DNA of 64,000 nucleotides from Neocallimastix sp. 'constans'. Taxonomy: Eukaryota. Location: positions 372,001 through 436,000 of the forward strand of contig JBODTK010000110.1 of the NCBI GenBank assembly GCA_050613775.1, written 5' to 3'. The position numbers and the translations under genes are program-made. How positions within the stretch are numbered: position 1 is the first letter of the stretch; each line of letters opens with the position of its first letter. Below are positions 38,475 to 55,893 of this stretch, piece by piece. Under the pieces are notes generated by a model, which made no database searches, was not told the origin of the DNA, and worked only from the letters and a program-made list of their open reading frames with translations.

Positions 38475-40859
38475 TATAGTATTATATACCTTTTTTTTAA
38501 TTTATTTTTATTAAAATTTTTTTTATTTATATTTTATTCACTTTTTTATTTATTTATTTTTTATTATAAATTTATTTTATTAAGAGAAAAAAATTCATTT
38601 TATATTTATTTATAACAAAGAATATCTATAAAATTATTATTACCAATAATGGTATTAATAGTTTGGAGTTTTTTTTTGGTTACACAATAAATTTAATAAT
38701 TTGTTATTAGTATTTATAATGTAATCATATATGTAATAATTAAATATTTATTAAAAAAAAAATGAGACATTATAAAATATTATAAAACTATTATTTATCT
38801 ATTTTTTTTTTTTTTTTAAATTTTAAAGGTTTATTTTCAAATAATAAATATAAAACTATTGAATTAGCATTATAAATAAATAATAAAATAAAATATATAG
38901 CAAAACATATTAATAAATTATAATTGAATTGATCAATTCCATCCGTCTCCCTTAAACTTTATTATCGATAATAATTAATTATTTTAAAAGTATAAAAATC
39001 ATTTTGTATATATATTGTAAATTAAAATGTTGAGAAATTTAAAAAGTTTTATCTACTACAATAATTATTAGTTACATGCAAAACATTCATAGAAGTTCAT
39101 ATATCTTTATATAAAATAGAAATAATAGAAAAACTATCAAAGAATTATATTAAGGATAAAATAATTATAGAATTTATAAATAATAAAATAATTGTTTTTG
39201 ATAATTAATTAAAATAATTTTATTATTAAAATAAATAAATTATTTTCATTATAAAATAATTTTATTATTAAAATATATAAAATTATTTTTGTTATTAAAT
39301 AATTTTAGTATTAAAATAAATAAAAAAATATTTATGTTATTAAATATACTTTTTTTTTTTTTTTTTTTTTTTTAATTTTTCCTTTTTTAAAAAACCAAAA
39401 GGAACAAAAAATAATTCTTTATAATAATTGTATACCATAATATGTAATAATAATAAATGAAAAATTTTATCCAATAATTATACTTTTTGATGAAAAATTT
39501 TTAATATATGGAAATTTTCTATTTCTTATTGTAATCGGATGTGTAATAATTAAAATAATTAAAAACATCAAAATAAAATAAAACAATGCAATTTATCAAT
39601 ATATTAAATATTTTAAAAATACTATTTTTGTATGTATTTCTTATTTAATATCTAATTATGTAATTTTTTTTATTTTTGAAGTTAATTAAAATATAGATAT
39701 TAATAGTAATTATTATATATAAATAATAAAATTTAATATAAATAAATCTTATTTTTTATTATTAATTTTATAAATTATTAAATATGCTTTTATTGTGTAA
39801 TGAATTAATAGAATAATTAAATATATTCACAAGAAACTTGATAAAAATGGAATAATTTCATCAATTAAAGAATTAAAAATTAGCACTATCTTCATTATTG
39901 TCTTATATATATTAGTAATTATTTTAATAGTTTAAAATAATAATTAATAATTTAACATGATTTTAGTTTTATTATTATCATATTAGTATATATTTACTGT
40001 ATTATAATATATAAATTATAGAAAATCTAGTTCTTAGAACATATATATATTAGACATATAAAATAAAACTTGAATGTACTTCATATAGGTAGAAATGAAT
40101 ATTTGAAATAAATTTAATATTATTAGATATTTTATAGATATTTTATATAAATATTAACATTTATATATATAAAAAATAAATAAATTTTAAATATATTTAA
40201 ATATTTTTAAATAATTTTAATGACAATAATAAATAATAAATTTTATTAAAAGAATATTAAAAATAAAGTTTATATTTTAATTAAAATATTAAATAAAATT
40301 TATATAGTAATAAATAGTAATAAATAGTAATAAATATTACTAATATAAATTTGAATATTATTGTAATAAAAAAAAATTAAAAAGATAAATTGGAATATCA
40401 TTTAACTAATATTAAAAAAAAAAAATAAAAAAAAATGTAATGGATTATAATAGAAATGATAATAATATAATAAATATATAAATCCATAATCATATTATCT
40501 TCAATAGATTGAATGAATATTTTATGATTAAATAATTTAAAATTATTATAAAGTATTAGTAATATTAAAAATTATAATATCAAATTAAAATAGATATGAA
40601 TATAGTTCATTCTTTTATATAATCAATAATAATCATAATCTAATAATAAAATTAAAAATATAATTAAATCAATAAGTGTTTTATATAAATTAATATTATT
40701 AAATTTTATTAATGTAAGCACATACAAATTACAAATTAAATGATTTTATGTTTTAATACTTTATTAATTTTTTTTTATATATAAGAAGATGTGTTTATTT
40801 AAAATATAATATTACATATTAGTTGTATATTACTATTCTATTACATGATTTAATATTAT

Positions 40860-41600
40860 TGGTAGTATAGATGTTATACTATTTGAATGTATTTAATAAA
40901 TATTTCTTTAATCAATCCTCTTATCCATATAGCGTTCAGTTGGACATACGTATTCCGCTTCTGTTGTTGATAATGAAATATTTTTCTGAGTTGCTTATCT
41001 CCATGAAATAGGACTACTTCTTAATGTGAATATATATGTCATGAAGTTGATCATTCTGTAAATTTGTTTACTAGTTTAGTTTACTGCAAAAGCAATAATA
41101 GGTCCTCTTTTTGTTGAAATATATAATAATGTTCCAATTATTTTCTTAAAATCAGTTTTGTTTACTACTTTGGATTCTTCTCTCCTCATTAAACATGGAA
41201 ATTTAAATTTTTCGTGTTGTTTTATTATATAATTATTTAATAATTTATTAAATATAATTCTTTTGATTAATTTTAAATCCTTCGGTTGTTTTTATTATAT
41301 TGATTCCAATAATTTTTTTTTGCTTCGCTCTATGTTGAAATTTTATATTATTAATTTAATTTTGATACAATCAATTTGATTTCTTAATTTTCTCCTACAA
41401 TTAAAATATCATTAACATAAAGTGTTTAAAGTAAGCATAATTTATTATTTTTATATTTATCAAATAAATAGTTATCATTATTATATTGTTTTAAACTTAC
41501 TCTTTTTTTTTTTTTTTTTAGGAAACTTGAAATTTCTAAGAAGCTTGTTTGAGTCCAAAAAATGCTTTATTTAATAACCAGGATTTTCCTTTATTAAAGT
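40860..41600 (-). mobile_element. Decayed Ty1/Copia pol fragment (RT and RNase H), with stops and frameshifts
   Basis: Minus-strand translations in Copia order: GKSWLLNKAFFGLKQAS* (~41590-41540), DFKKIIGTLLYISTKRGPIIAFAVN (~41155-41080), YIFTLRSSPISWR*ATQKNISLSTTEAEYV (~41035-40948), then AIWIRGLIKEI. These match the Copia LxKALYGLKQA, GSLLY..TRPDIAFAV and ISWxSKKQ..LSTTEAEY motifs. Confidence 0.85.
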
Positions 41601-42004
41601 TTTTATCTTCCCATATATCCTATTTTTCCTAGAATTTTTGTATTGCTCATAATCATTAGATTTAGATTTTCTCCTCTTGTATGATCAATACATTTTAGAT
41701 TTTGAATTCTCTTTATTACGCTTATTTTTTTTCTTTTTCTTGATTCAAAATTTTGTTGATTAAAACCATTAGAATTTTCATTATTTTCTGTTTTATTTTT
41801 CTTTCAGCAAGTGATTTTAAATCGCTTAGCTCATCTTCACCTTCATTTTCATTTTCTTCATATTCACATTTATATTTACACTCATTCTTACTATCGGTTT
41901 CACTTTTATTTTCACTTAAATTTATATTTTAATTTTCATTTTTATTTCCTTTTTTGTTATAATTTTTATTGTGCTCCAGTTAAATCAAAGAACATTACTT
42001 TAAA

Positions 42005-42431
42005 TTAGTAATTTCCAAATTTAGTAGTGAAATTAGTTACTTCAATGCTTTCTTCATCCATAAATATTTGATGATAACCAGAGTAAAGATCTATAGTGGT
42101 AAAAATTTTTTCTCCATCAAATATTTCATCAAAATTTGGTAAGGAATAGAAATCTTTAATTGTAGCATCATTAACTCTACAATAGTCAATACACATTCTC
42201 CACTTTCCGTTATGCTTAAGAATTAACACTATTAGAGAAGACTATCAAGAACAAAATTGGTTTAATTAACTTTTTATCAATTTGTTTAATTAATTTTTCC
42301 ATTAATATATCCGACTGAAACTTGTATAGTCTATAGTACTTTTGCTTAATAGATTTAGTACCAGGTTTCAGTCTAATTATATGAGGAGACAAATCAGAAG
42401 AAGTCTCAATTACTACTATGTAATCTTCCAT
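42005..42431 (-). mobile_element. Decayed Ty3/Gypsy reverse transcriptase N-terminal fragment (frameshifted)
   Basis: PHIIRLKPGTKSIKQKYYRL ... KWRMCIDYCRVNDATIKDFYSLPNFDEIFD..IFTTIDLYSGYHQIFMDEESIEVTNFTTKFGNY. It is truncated before the YxDD motif. Confidence 0.9.
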
Positions 42432-42439
42432 TAATTGTA

Positions 42440-42650
42440 TGGTCAGAAAATTTACAACAAGAAATAAAAAAACAAAAGAAATTTGACGTCAAACATAGAA
42501 TTCAAGCCCCTAATTTCAAAACCAAGAGATAAAGTTTAGATTAATTGCTCACTTATTATTCACAATGACAATAAAAAAATTAAAACCTAGAAAACTTGGC
42601 CCATATAAGACTATTAAGAAAATTTCAACAGTATCCTATAAATTAGAATC
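42440..42650 (+). mobile_element. Decayed Ty3/Gypsy integrase C-terminal GPY/F fragment
   Basis: Plus-strand reading across frameshifts: QKKFDVKHRIQAPNFK..DKV*INCSLII..KKLKPRKLGPYKTIKKISTVSYKLE. Confidence 0.75.
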
Positions 42651-43419
42651 TCAAATTATTATTTTTATTTTTTAACATAAGTTTTTGCCTAATTGCTAGA
42701 TTCGTCTGATATCCGAATTCTGGAGGCGGACCATGCTTCAATTAGAAAAGTTAGAACTAAGGTTTTATGGTTAGTTACCTTAGCAGTGGACATTGCTTCA
42801 TAGGTTTGACTCACACCTCAACCCTTGACCCATTTTGCAAAAAATTATTTATTTTATAAATTATTATTTATAACTTCTTTAATATTCTTTCAGTATTGAA
42901 TAATAGAATTTTAAATTTTCTTTCGGTTTGAAATTTAGCAGAAATTAATTTAGAAATTATCTTATTTTTTTTTTCTTCTATGAGATTCATTCTCCTTTTT
43001 TTTTTTTTTTTTTTTTTCTTCTATGAGATTCATTCTCATCAATTAAAGTTTAATTCTAAGACCTTTATATCATTAATTAATTATTACTAATAGTTTTCTA
43101 AATAGTTCTATAATATTATTAATACATTTTAAAATTTTTTTTCAGTTAAAATTATTAATAGTTTACACTTCATGAATGAAAATATTTTTCCTTGTGCTTT
43201 TATTAATTAACAAATAAGTAATCCCGAATATTACATTTGTTAATTAATAATAATTATTATTTTAATTTTTCATATATTAATAAAATATTTTATAGTAATG
43301 TTTATTTTTTTCTTTCTCTTATGTGTTCAGACCTGTCGTGTCAACTCAATTCTCACAGTAGAATGGATTTTCCATTAAAGTTATATTAATATATTATGTT
43401 TACTACATCTCTAGATTAC

Positions 43420-43820
43420 TTAACAGATATATAAAAGTTATTGAAAAAAAAAAATATAACAATAAAAATAATAATATTTAATAGAAAATTTTTTTTATAG
43501 TATTCATAAAATTAATGATAAAGATATATAAGTTATTAATAAAAATAAAAATATAAAAATAAAAATAAAAATATTATTAGAAAATTTGTTTTATAATATT
43601 CATAAAATTATTGATATAGATATAAAAGTTATTAATAAAAATATAAAAATAATAATAATAAAATATTATTTTTTTTAAATTAAAATTTTTAAAAAATATT
43701 AAAATTTTAAACAATTATGGATTTTTAATTAAAAATAATTTTAATTATTAATTATAAAAAATATTAAAATTTTAAACAATTATGGATTTTTAATTGAAAA
43801 TAATTTTAATTATTAATTAT
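43420..43820. repeat. Cluster of AT-rich tandem repeats (~95-bp degenerate units; 65-bp near-perfect duplication)
   Basis: 43691-43755 is repeated at 43756-43820 with about one mismatch. TAGAAAATT...TATTCATAAAATTA.TGATA.AGATATA.AAGTTATTAATAAAAAT occurs at ~43482 and ~43578. Confidence 0.8.
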
Positions 43821-46800
43821 AGCTTTGTACGACAGAATTCTATTAATTTTTTTTCTATTGATCATTACTTTATTGTTTATTATTAATCAGTTTTTATATT
43901 ACTATTTAAATTAATTAAACATTTGAATCATAATTCATCTATAATTTTTTAACTTTTCCATTATCAATTAATTTGGATTCCATAGTTTTGCATTTTTTAA
44001 TTAAAATATTGATTTCATCAGTTTTTCCTATAACTTTTTTTTTTCTTTTATTTTCTAAATTCCTCCACTTTTCTTTTTCTTAATCATTATAAGATAAAAA
44101 TTTTTGTTGTTTTATATTGCAAAATAAAACGTATTTTCATAGATATATACATGTAAAACCATTGGTCATTACATTTAATATTTAAAAAATAAATGCCAGG
44201 TTTTAGAAGTTAATAAGCAAGATATAAAAAAGAAAAAATAATTTGAGTATCCATCTAAATTCTATTTATAGTTATTGGACAATTGAGGATTTATCAAACC
44301 AACATTGCAGTTCCTACATTAATATTGAAAATGAATTGCTAATAAGAACTATTATGTATTATTATGTAAATATAAAGATAACTTTAAACGTATAAAACAA
44401 AAATAAAGTAATCTATATGAAAAATTTTGAAATCCTTTGTATATTTTAAGAAAAAATAATAAAATATATTATTTATAATACTCAAAATAAAAAATAGAAT
44501 TTAACAAAAGTCAATAAATAATAAATAAATAATATAAAAAAAAAATAATAATAATTAGTATAGCAATAGTATTTATTAGAAATAACAGTATTGATATGTA
44601 ACAATAATAATAGTAATTAATAATAAAGTAATAATAAGAATAGTAATTTATTTAGTAAAGTACTTAATATAATTTATTGATTTAATAAATTAATAAATAA
44701 AAAGTTATTTATCAATTTAAATTTATTCATTCTGGTTTAATTAATATTTTGAAAAAGACCTTTTCTAATAAAAAAAAAAAAATCCGTTAATCTTTAATTT
44801 TTTTTTTTTTTTTTTTTTTTTTATGATATTTTTATTATTAATCTATCTTTTAAAATTCTCCAAATTTTAGTTGGTTGTGCACATGATATCCATATATTTA
44901 TGTTGATATTTTAAATTTAATGAACATTGAAAAGTATTTATTAATAAAAATAATATTAAGTAATATATTGATTATATATATGGAATAATAAAAATTAATA
45001 TAATAAAATAGAATATCAAATATTATTACATAAAACTTTAAAAATATATCCATATACTTTATTATATATTTCATATATATCAATTCTATTTATTTATGTT
45101 TTTTTTTTTTTTTTCTTTTAAATGAAAATAAATAGTAATATAATATATTAGGATATTAGGATTAAAGTATATTTTTTACAAACATTTTAGTTGCTAATTG
45201 CTTTTAGCTCTAATTAACAAACTTTAAATAGTTATATTTATTTTTTTTTTAAATATTAATAATAAATATATATATAAAAAATATATACTAATATATTATT
45301 TTTAAAAATAAATCTTATTAAATAAATAAATATCAAAATATTTATTAAAAATTTAATTATCTTTTTTTAATTAAAAATTAATAAATAAAATATTTTGATA
45401 TATAAATTATTCTTTAATATATAATGTATATTGAATAATATACTATTATAATATATGATAACTATATGGATTTTATGAATATTAATTTTCAAAAAAAAAT
45501 TTTATTTTTATTTTTTTTTTTTTTTTTTTAATTTTAAACTTTTACCTCCATTTTTCTTAAATCTTTTTTTTTTTTTTTTTTTTTTAAATAATAAAAAATA
45601 TATATTTTTTTTCATTTAATTAATTAAATTTAAAAATCCTTTTTTTTTTTTTTGTTTTTATTTCATTTTTAATATTTATATATTTTATATATAAATGTAG
45701 TAAATAATAAAGAAGCTTTACAAAATATATTTATCATAGTTTCTTATTATTTCAATTCTAAAATTTAATTAAACTTATTTACAGTAATTAATATTTATTA
45801 ATACTTCTTATTAATTTATATTAAATTTAATATACATACTTCATAATAAATAAAAGGTTTTTATAAATATACATAATTAATTATATATTAAATAAATATA
45901 ATATATTTTATAAAATAACAAGTTTAATTAATAGAATTAAGAGTTACTTTGCATATACATCAAAAGCATATATATATTAATATAATAATTTTTCATTTTA
46001 ATGTTATTAAAATTTATATTAGGAATTTTTATAATTAGTAATTAAAAAGATTGAATAACAATATTTTTCAAGTATTTTACATACAATATAATGAAATTAG
46101 TATTTCATTACAATATTTACAATGATACAATATTAATTCATTCATTATTGATAAATCAAGATAAATCAACATTTTTATATCAAAAAAAAAAAAAAAAAGA
46201 AACATTTTTACTTGTAAAGAATAGTTAATGAATTTTTTTTGATAAAATTATTAGATAAATATTTAAAGAAAAATAACAATAAAAAAATGATAGCAATATA
46301 TCTTTCTAACATTTATATACATAATACAATAGAATTTACCTTTTTTTTTTTTTTTATATTAGAAACTTATTATATTTATATTATATATTAATATTAATAT
46401 ATTAATACTATTTTTTTTTTTTTTTTTTTTCTTAAAAAAAAAAAAGATATTATAAATATATATTTTTAAACATATATTATTTTTATAGATTTACCATTAT
46501 AATATAATAATTGATAACAAGGAATAATTTTACTTATTATACAACGGATAAATCAATAAAGGATAATTATATATATATAACTAATAATATATATATATAT
46601 ATATATTCAAAAAAAAAAAAAAAAAAAAAAAATAGAAAACAATAGAAAACAATGTTTATGAAATTCAAGACTAATAAAACTCAAATTTAATTTTAAAGAA
46701 TTAATAATGAAATTAAGAGAACAATAAAAATTTCTTTTTTTTTAATGATAAATTAAAATATTTTAATAATTATGAATAAAATTATTTTATGTATACCGTT

Positions 46801-47303
46801 ATATATTTTTTAAATAATAACAACAGTATAGAGTTTAAATACTTTTATTTTTTAAAAGTAATATATTTATAATGATAGATAAACTAAGAGGAAAACAAAA
46901 AATATTAAAATTTTTTATATCATTACAATAGAGTATAATTTTATAAATATATAATCCATTTTAATAATAAAGCATTATTTTTTTAAAATATTAAAATTTT
47001 GAATTAAACATAATAAGATATTATGATATTTTGCTCTTATGTAATTAATTTAAAGTATTATAAAGGAAATAAAATCATTTCAATAATAGAATAATAGTAA
47101 TAAACAAAGAAATAAAAGAAGAAGTTAAAAAAAAAAAAAAAAAAAAGATAGCAAAATAAGAAAATTAAAGCCAAACGAATAAATTTCTAAAATAAACATT
47201 AATCTTTTCTATATAAAATTTAAAATTCAACTGTCAATACAAAAATTCCTAAACATAATTAAGATAATTCTAAAACTTTTTTTTTTTTTTTTTTTTTTTT
47301 CAT

Positions 47304-51309
<4,006 letters not shown>

Positions 51310-51538
51310 ATTTTATATGTAATATATACATATTTATATATATTATATAGAAGGAAAAAAAATAATATATATATATATTAATATAGAAAGAAAAAAATTT
51401 TTTTTTTTTTTTTTTTTTGCTTCCTTATATTATATATATATTTTAAAATTTTAATCATTATTTATTAAATTTTTTTTTTTTCAATTAATTATTTATTTTC
51501 AATTATTTATTTTCAAATTATATAAAGATTTTAATAAA

Positions 51539-51604
<66 letters not shown>

Positions 51605-52215
51605 TAAAAAAAAAAAAAAAAACTGTATATTACTTTTTTTTTTATATGTATATGTACATATAATTTATGTTTTTTTTTTTTTTTTTTTTTTTTTTACATT
51701 TTCATTTATATATATATACATATAAATTTTAAATTTTATTTTCCTTAATTCATTTTAATTTACATCACATTAAACTATTTATTTATATTTTTATTTTATT
51801 TTATTGTATTTTCAAAAATTTTGATATATTATTTAAGTTATAAATAGCTTTAATAAAAATAAATAATAATAACAAATAATAGCAAATAATAATAATAATT
51901 TATTCTAATTGAGTTTTTCAAAATTTATTTCAATCATATTTTATATTCAAAATATTAGAATTATTTATATATTTATTAGTGTTGATAATTTGAATAATAA
52001 TATTTAAATAAAGATAAGAACTGACATTAAAAAAAAAAATAATAAATAAAATAATAATATTAATATTAATACTTTTAATACAAATAAGAATTATTAAAAT
52101 AATAATTAAATACAAATAAGAATTATTAAAATAATATTTATAATTCAAATACAGAAAAGAAGAATTACTATTAAGAAAACTAAAATACTCAATTATATAA
52201 AATTAATTATAAATA

Positions 52216-52260
<45 letters not shown>

Positions 52261-52428
52261 TTTTTTCTTTTTTATTATGTTTTATTATTCTTTTCTATAT
52301 AAATTTAATTTTATTTTATAATTTTATAATATATTATAATATATATATCATAATATATTATAGGGTATATGTTATATTATTATATGTTTATATATATTTA
52401 TAAGCAAATAAAAAAAAAATTTTATTTT

Positions 52429-53866
52429 TTATGTATAATATTCATATGATTTTTTTAAATTATTTCTTACTAATTTTGAATTTAATCTTTCCATATATTC
52501 ATCGTATTTAGTAAATTCAAATTCTGCTTCCAATGCAGTTATGAATGGATGTTTTAAAATTTCAGAAGGTTTTATACGGTCCATTGGATCTGTTTGTGTC
52601 ATTTTATATAATAAATCAGCTGCTTTATAAACAATTGCAGGTACCCCTGTAATATTAATGACTGATTTACGATAGTTATTACTTTGATATATATAATTTT
52701 CTAATAAATTTTCATGAATATTTGTAATAGTATCTGAACGAACATATCTTCCTCCTAAATTTTCTAATCCACATTTTGGTAAATAAGGTTTAAGTAATAT
52801 TCCAAAAACGATACCCGCACTATAAACATCTGGAGTACATGTATTACAGTCTCCTTCATATAATTCTGGAGCAACAAATCCTATTACACATATATTTATT
52901 ATTAATTTAATTTTAATATTTAAAAAAAAAAATAATGAATAATAATGAATGAAAGAAATAAAAATTAGTTATATATTCATATATATTTATTATTATTCAC
53001 ATTTACATATTTTTTTTTTTTTTCTTATTAATATTATTATACCTGGAGTACCACATCCTAATGGATGAGGTTGTTGACCACAAGTTAATGATAAACCAAA
53101 ATCTATAAGGACAAAATTATCATTTTCATCACACATTAAATTTGAAGTTGTAATATCTAAATGGGCTATATTAAGATCATTTAAACATTTCAAAGTCTAT
53201 ATTATTATTATTTGAAAAAAATATATAAATATATTATATATATATGTAAATATATATACTATTTTTTTTTTTATATTAATAATAATTGATTAATAAAATA
53301 ATTTTATTAATTCCATACACTTATTAATTGGGTCATTAATTTTTGTATAGTTATTAAATCCATATGTGAGGTATCAATCTTTTTTAAATATGGGAAAATT
53401 AATATGTGGTCACCTGTTTCTTGATCTATATAATAATCTAATAATTTTATAGTGTTTGGAACATTATTTTTTTCAAGATTTTTCATTAATGCTAATTCCT
53501 TTTTTGCCCAATTAATATCTTTTATTTGCTTGAAGACTACATCTCTTTTATGAACTTCATCATACGCAAAATAAATTAATGAACAAAAAGTCTTGTTGGA
53601 ATTTTTTATAATATTAATTTTATTTTTTAAAATTATTATTAAATAGATATATACAATTATTATTTATTATATAGATTTATATATAATTAATACAAATATT
53701 CATTTTTTTATTCAATATATACCTCCATTGGTTCTTTTTCCTTTTGAATAATATATGATCTTTTTTCACCTTTTTCATTAATATTGGTATTATCTGTTAA
53801 TGAACATAATTTATCTATTGATCTAGAAATTGAAATATTTGATAAACTTTGTTGAAGAATCAACAT
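52429..53866 (-). CDS. Divergent Ser/Thr protein kinase-like protein, 4 exons
   Basis: Exons 53866-53723, ~53591-53319, ~53196-53043 and ~52880-52429 give ...PMETFCSLIYFAYDEVHKRDVVFKQI..WAKKELALM..PNTIKLLDYY..HILIFPYL..IAHLDITTSNLM..VLIDFGLS..GCGTPGFVAPELY..PDVYSAGIVF..DLLYKMTQTDPMDRIKPSEILKHPF. Confidence 0.88.
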
Positions 53867-54020
53867 TTTTTATTATTATTATTATTTTAGGTTTTTCCTT
53901 TTAATCAATATTTATTACTGGGTATTTTACAGTTATAGTTAATATAACAGTCTACTTTATATATACATATATATATTTAGTTTTTATTCAAATACCATAT
54001 ATAAAGAAGTTTATTACTTA

Positions 54021-54100
54021 TCTAATGAGTTCTACATTAAATATTATATATTTTTATCAATCTAATGAGTTCTACATTAAATATTATATATTTTTATCAA
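54021..54100. repeat. Exact 40-bp tandem duplication upstream of the kinase gene
   Basis: TCTAATGAGTTCTACATTAAATATTATATATTTTTATCAA occurs at 54021-54060 and 54061-54100. Confidence 0.95.
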
Positions 54101-55862
54101 TTTTATTTAATAATTCATAAAATTTCTTCTTTTTATTTTTTCTTTTTTTTTTTTGATTGTTTTTTATCATTTATTTCCTCTATCAATTTTTTTCTATCTA
54201 TTTATCAATTATTTTCTTCTTCTTTCTTCCTTTTTTTTTTTCTATCTATTTATCAATTATTTTCTTTTTCTTTCTTCCTTTTTTTTCTTTTTAAAAAAGA
54301 AATGATAATATCAAATAATGCAAAATTTTAAAATATTTCCACAATATTCCAAAACAAAAGTCTAGTATAGTCTACCTATATTCTCATAATAGGTATAAAA
54401 ATTTTTATACTATTATTGTTAAAACTACATTTCAATATTCTTTATTCTACTAAAATTTCATCTCAAACATAAAAGAAAATTATTTTTTTATTATTAATTT
54501 TAATATACCTTTTTTCTTTCTTTAAAAAAAAAAAAAAAAAAAAATTCTTTATTTCTTATTATATTTTTTAAAATTTTTATATTTAGATATATTTTTTAAC
54601 GCTTTAAATTGTAAGAAATTTTATTTATTTATATAGTTTTCGAAAAAGTTAAAAATTGAAATATTAATGATTTTATAAAAGATAATTAAAGAAAGTAAAT
54701 ACAGTTTTTTTAATTTATTATTACTAAAAATAGAACTTTTAATTAGATAATTACTATTAATAAAATAATATAATAATATAATAATACAGTTAATTATATT
54801 TATTAAAATTTTATATTATTAATTAAAAAAAATAATACATACTTTTTTTGTACTTTAAATTAGGTAAATTAAATATCAATAAACTTTAAATTAAATATCA
54901 TCATTCTTTTTACCTTTGCACTTTTTGTTTTTATATAATAAAAAAAAAAAAGATTGACAAATTTAAATATTTAAGCATTAAACTTTTTTTTTTATTATTT
55001 CATAATGGACATAATATATACGGTGTATATTTTACCTTTATTTGAATTTTTAAATTAATTATAATACTTATTAATAAATTTATTCATTTTTTATTGATAA
55101 AAAAAATTTTTTTATAATATTATTTTAATGCTATAAAGTATCATATAGAAAGTTATAAAAATAAAATATTATGCAGAACATTAAAAAGTTTTTTCTATTA
55201 TTTTAACTGTTATAATTAAAACTGTTATCTTTTATCTTCTCTAATTATGATAAGATAATTATAATATATATGATAGATAATTAAAAAATAAAAATAAATA
55301 TATATATAAATAAATAATTTATAATAAAATAAAAAATATATAATAAAATAAAAAACTACTTTATAAAAATATTTAGTTTTGATAAATTTAAAATTTTTTA
55401 AATTATTAATGAATATATTTAATAAGTATTTATATTATTAATAGGAAATCGAGACAAAAAAAAAATATACTGTTTAATTATAAAATATTTCTGTTAAATT
55501 TATAAATATTTATATTATTAATTGGAAATCAAAACTAATTTAATAGTTTACCTTTTTTTAGATAAATTTTTAATATAATTATAATTATGTTTTGTCTCAC
55601 ATAGCACAAAATTTTATTAGAAAATTAATATAAATAATAAATAATAAATATTGATAATAAGTATTATTAAATAAAAAATATTAAATGTTTGTAATAAAAA
55701 TGGCATCACAATTAAAATTATTTTAATACGAAATATGAATGAATAATATAAATAAAAAATTATTGATGATATATTAAATTAAAACACAAGCATGACATAA
55801 ATTATTTATATTAAAATATATTTATATATTCCTTACAACTGAAATTTTTGATTATTACTAAA

Positions 55863-55893
<31 letters not shown>

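Noticed and set aside
43420..43820. Repeat units that might suggest a CRISPR-like array
   Set aside because: They are simple head-to-tail duplications with no unique spacers, in a eukaryotic context with no cas genes.
43850..44400. Possibly degraded coding or transposase sequence
   Set aside because: I recognise no motif in any frame and there are many stops, so I cannot support a call.
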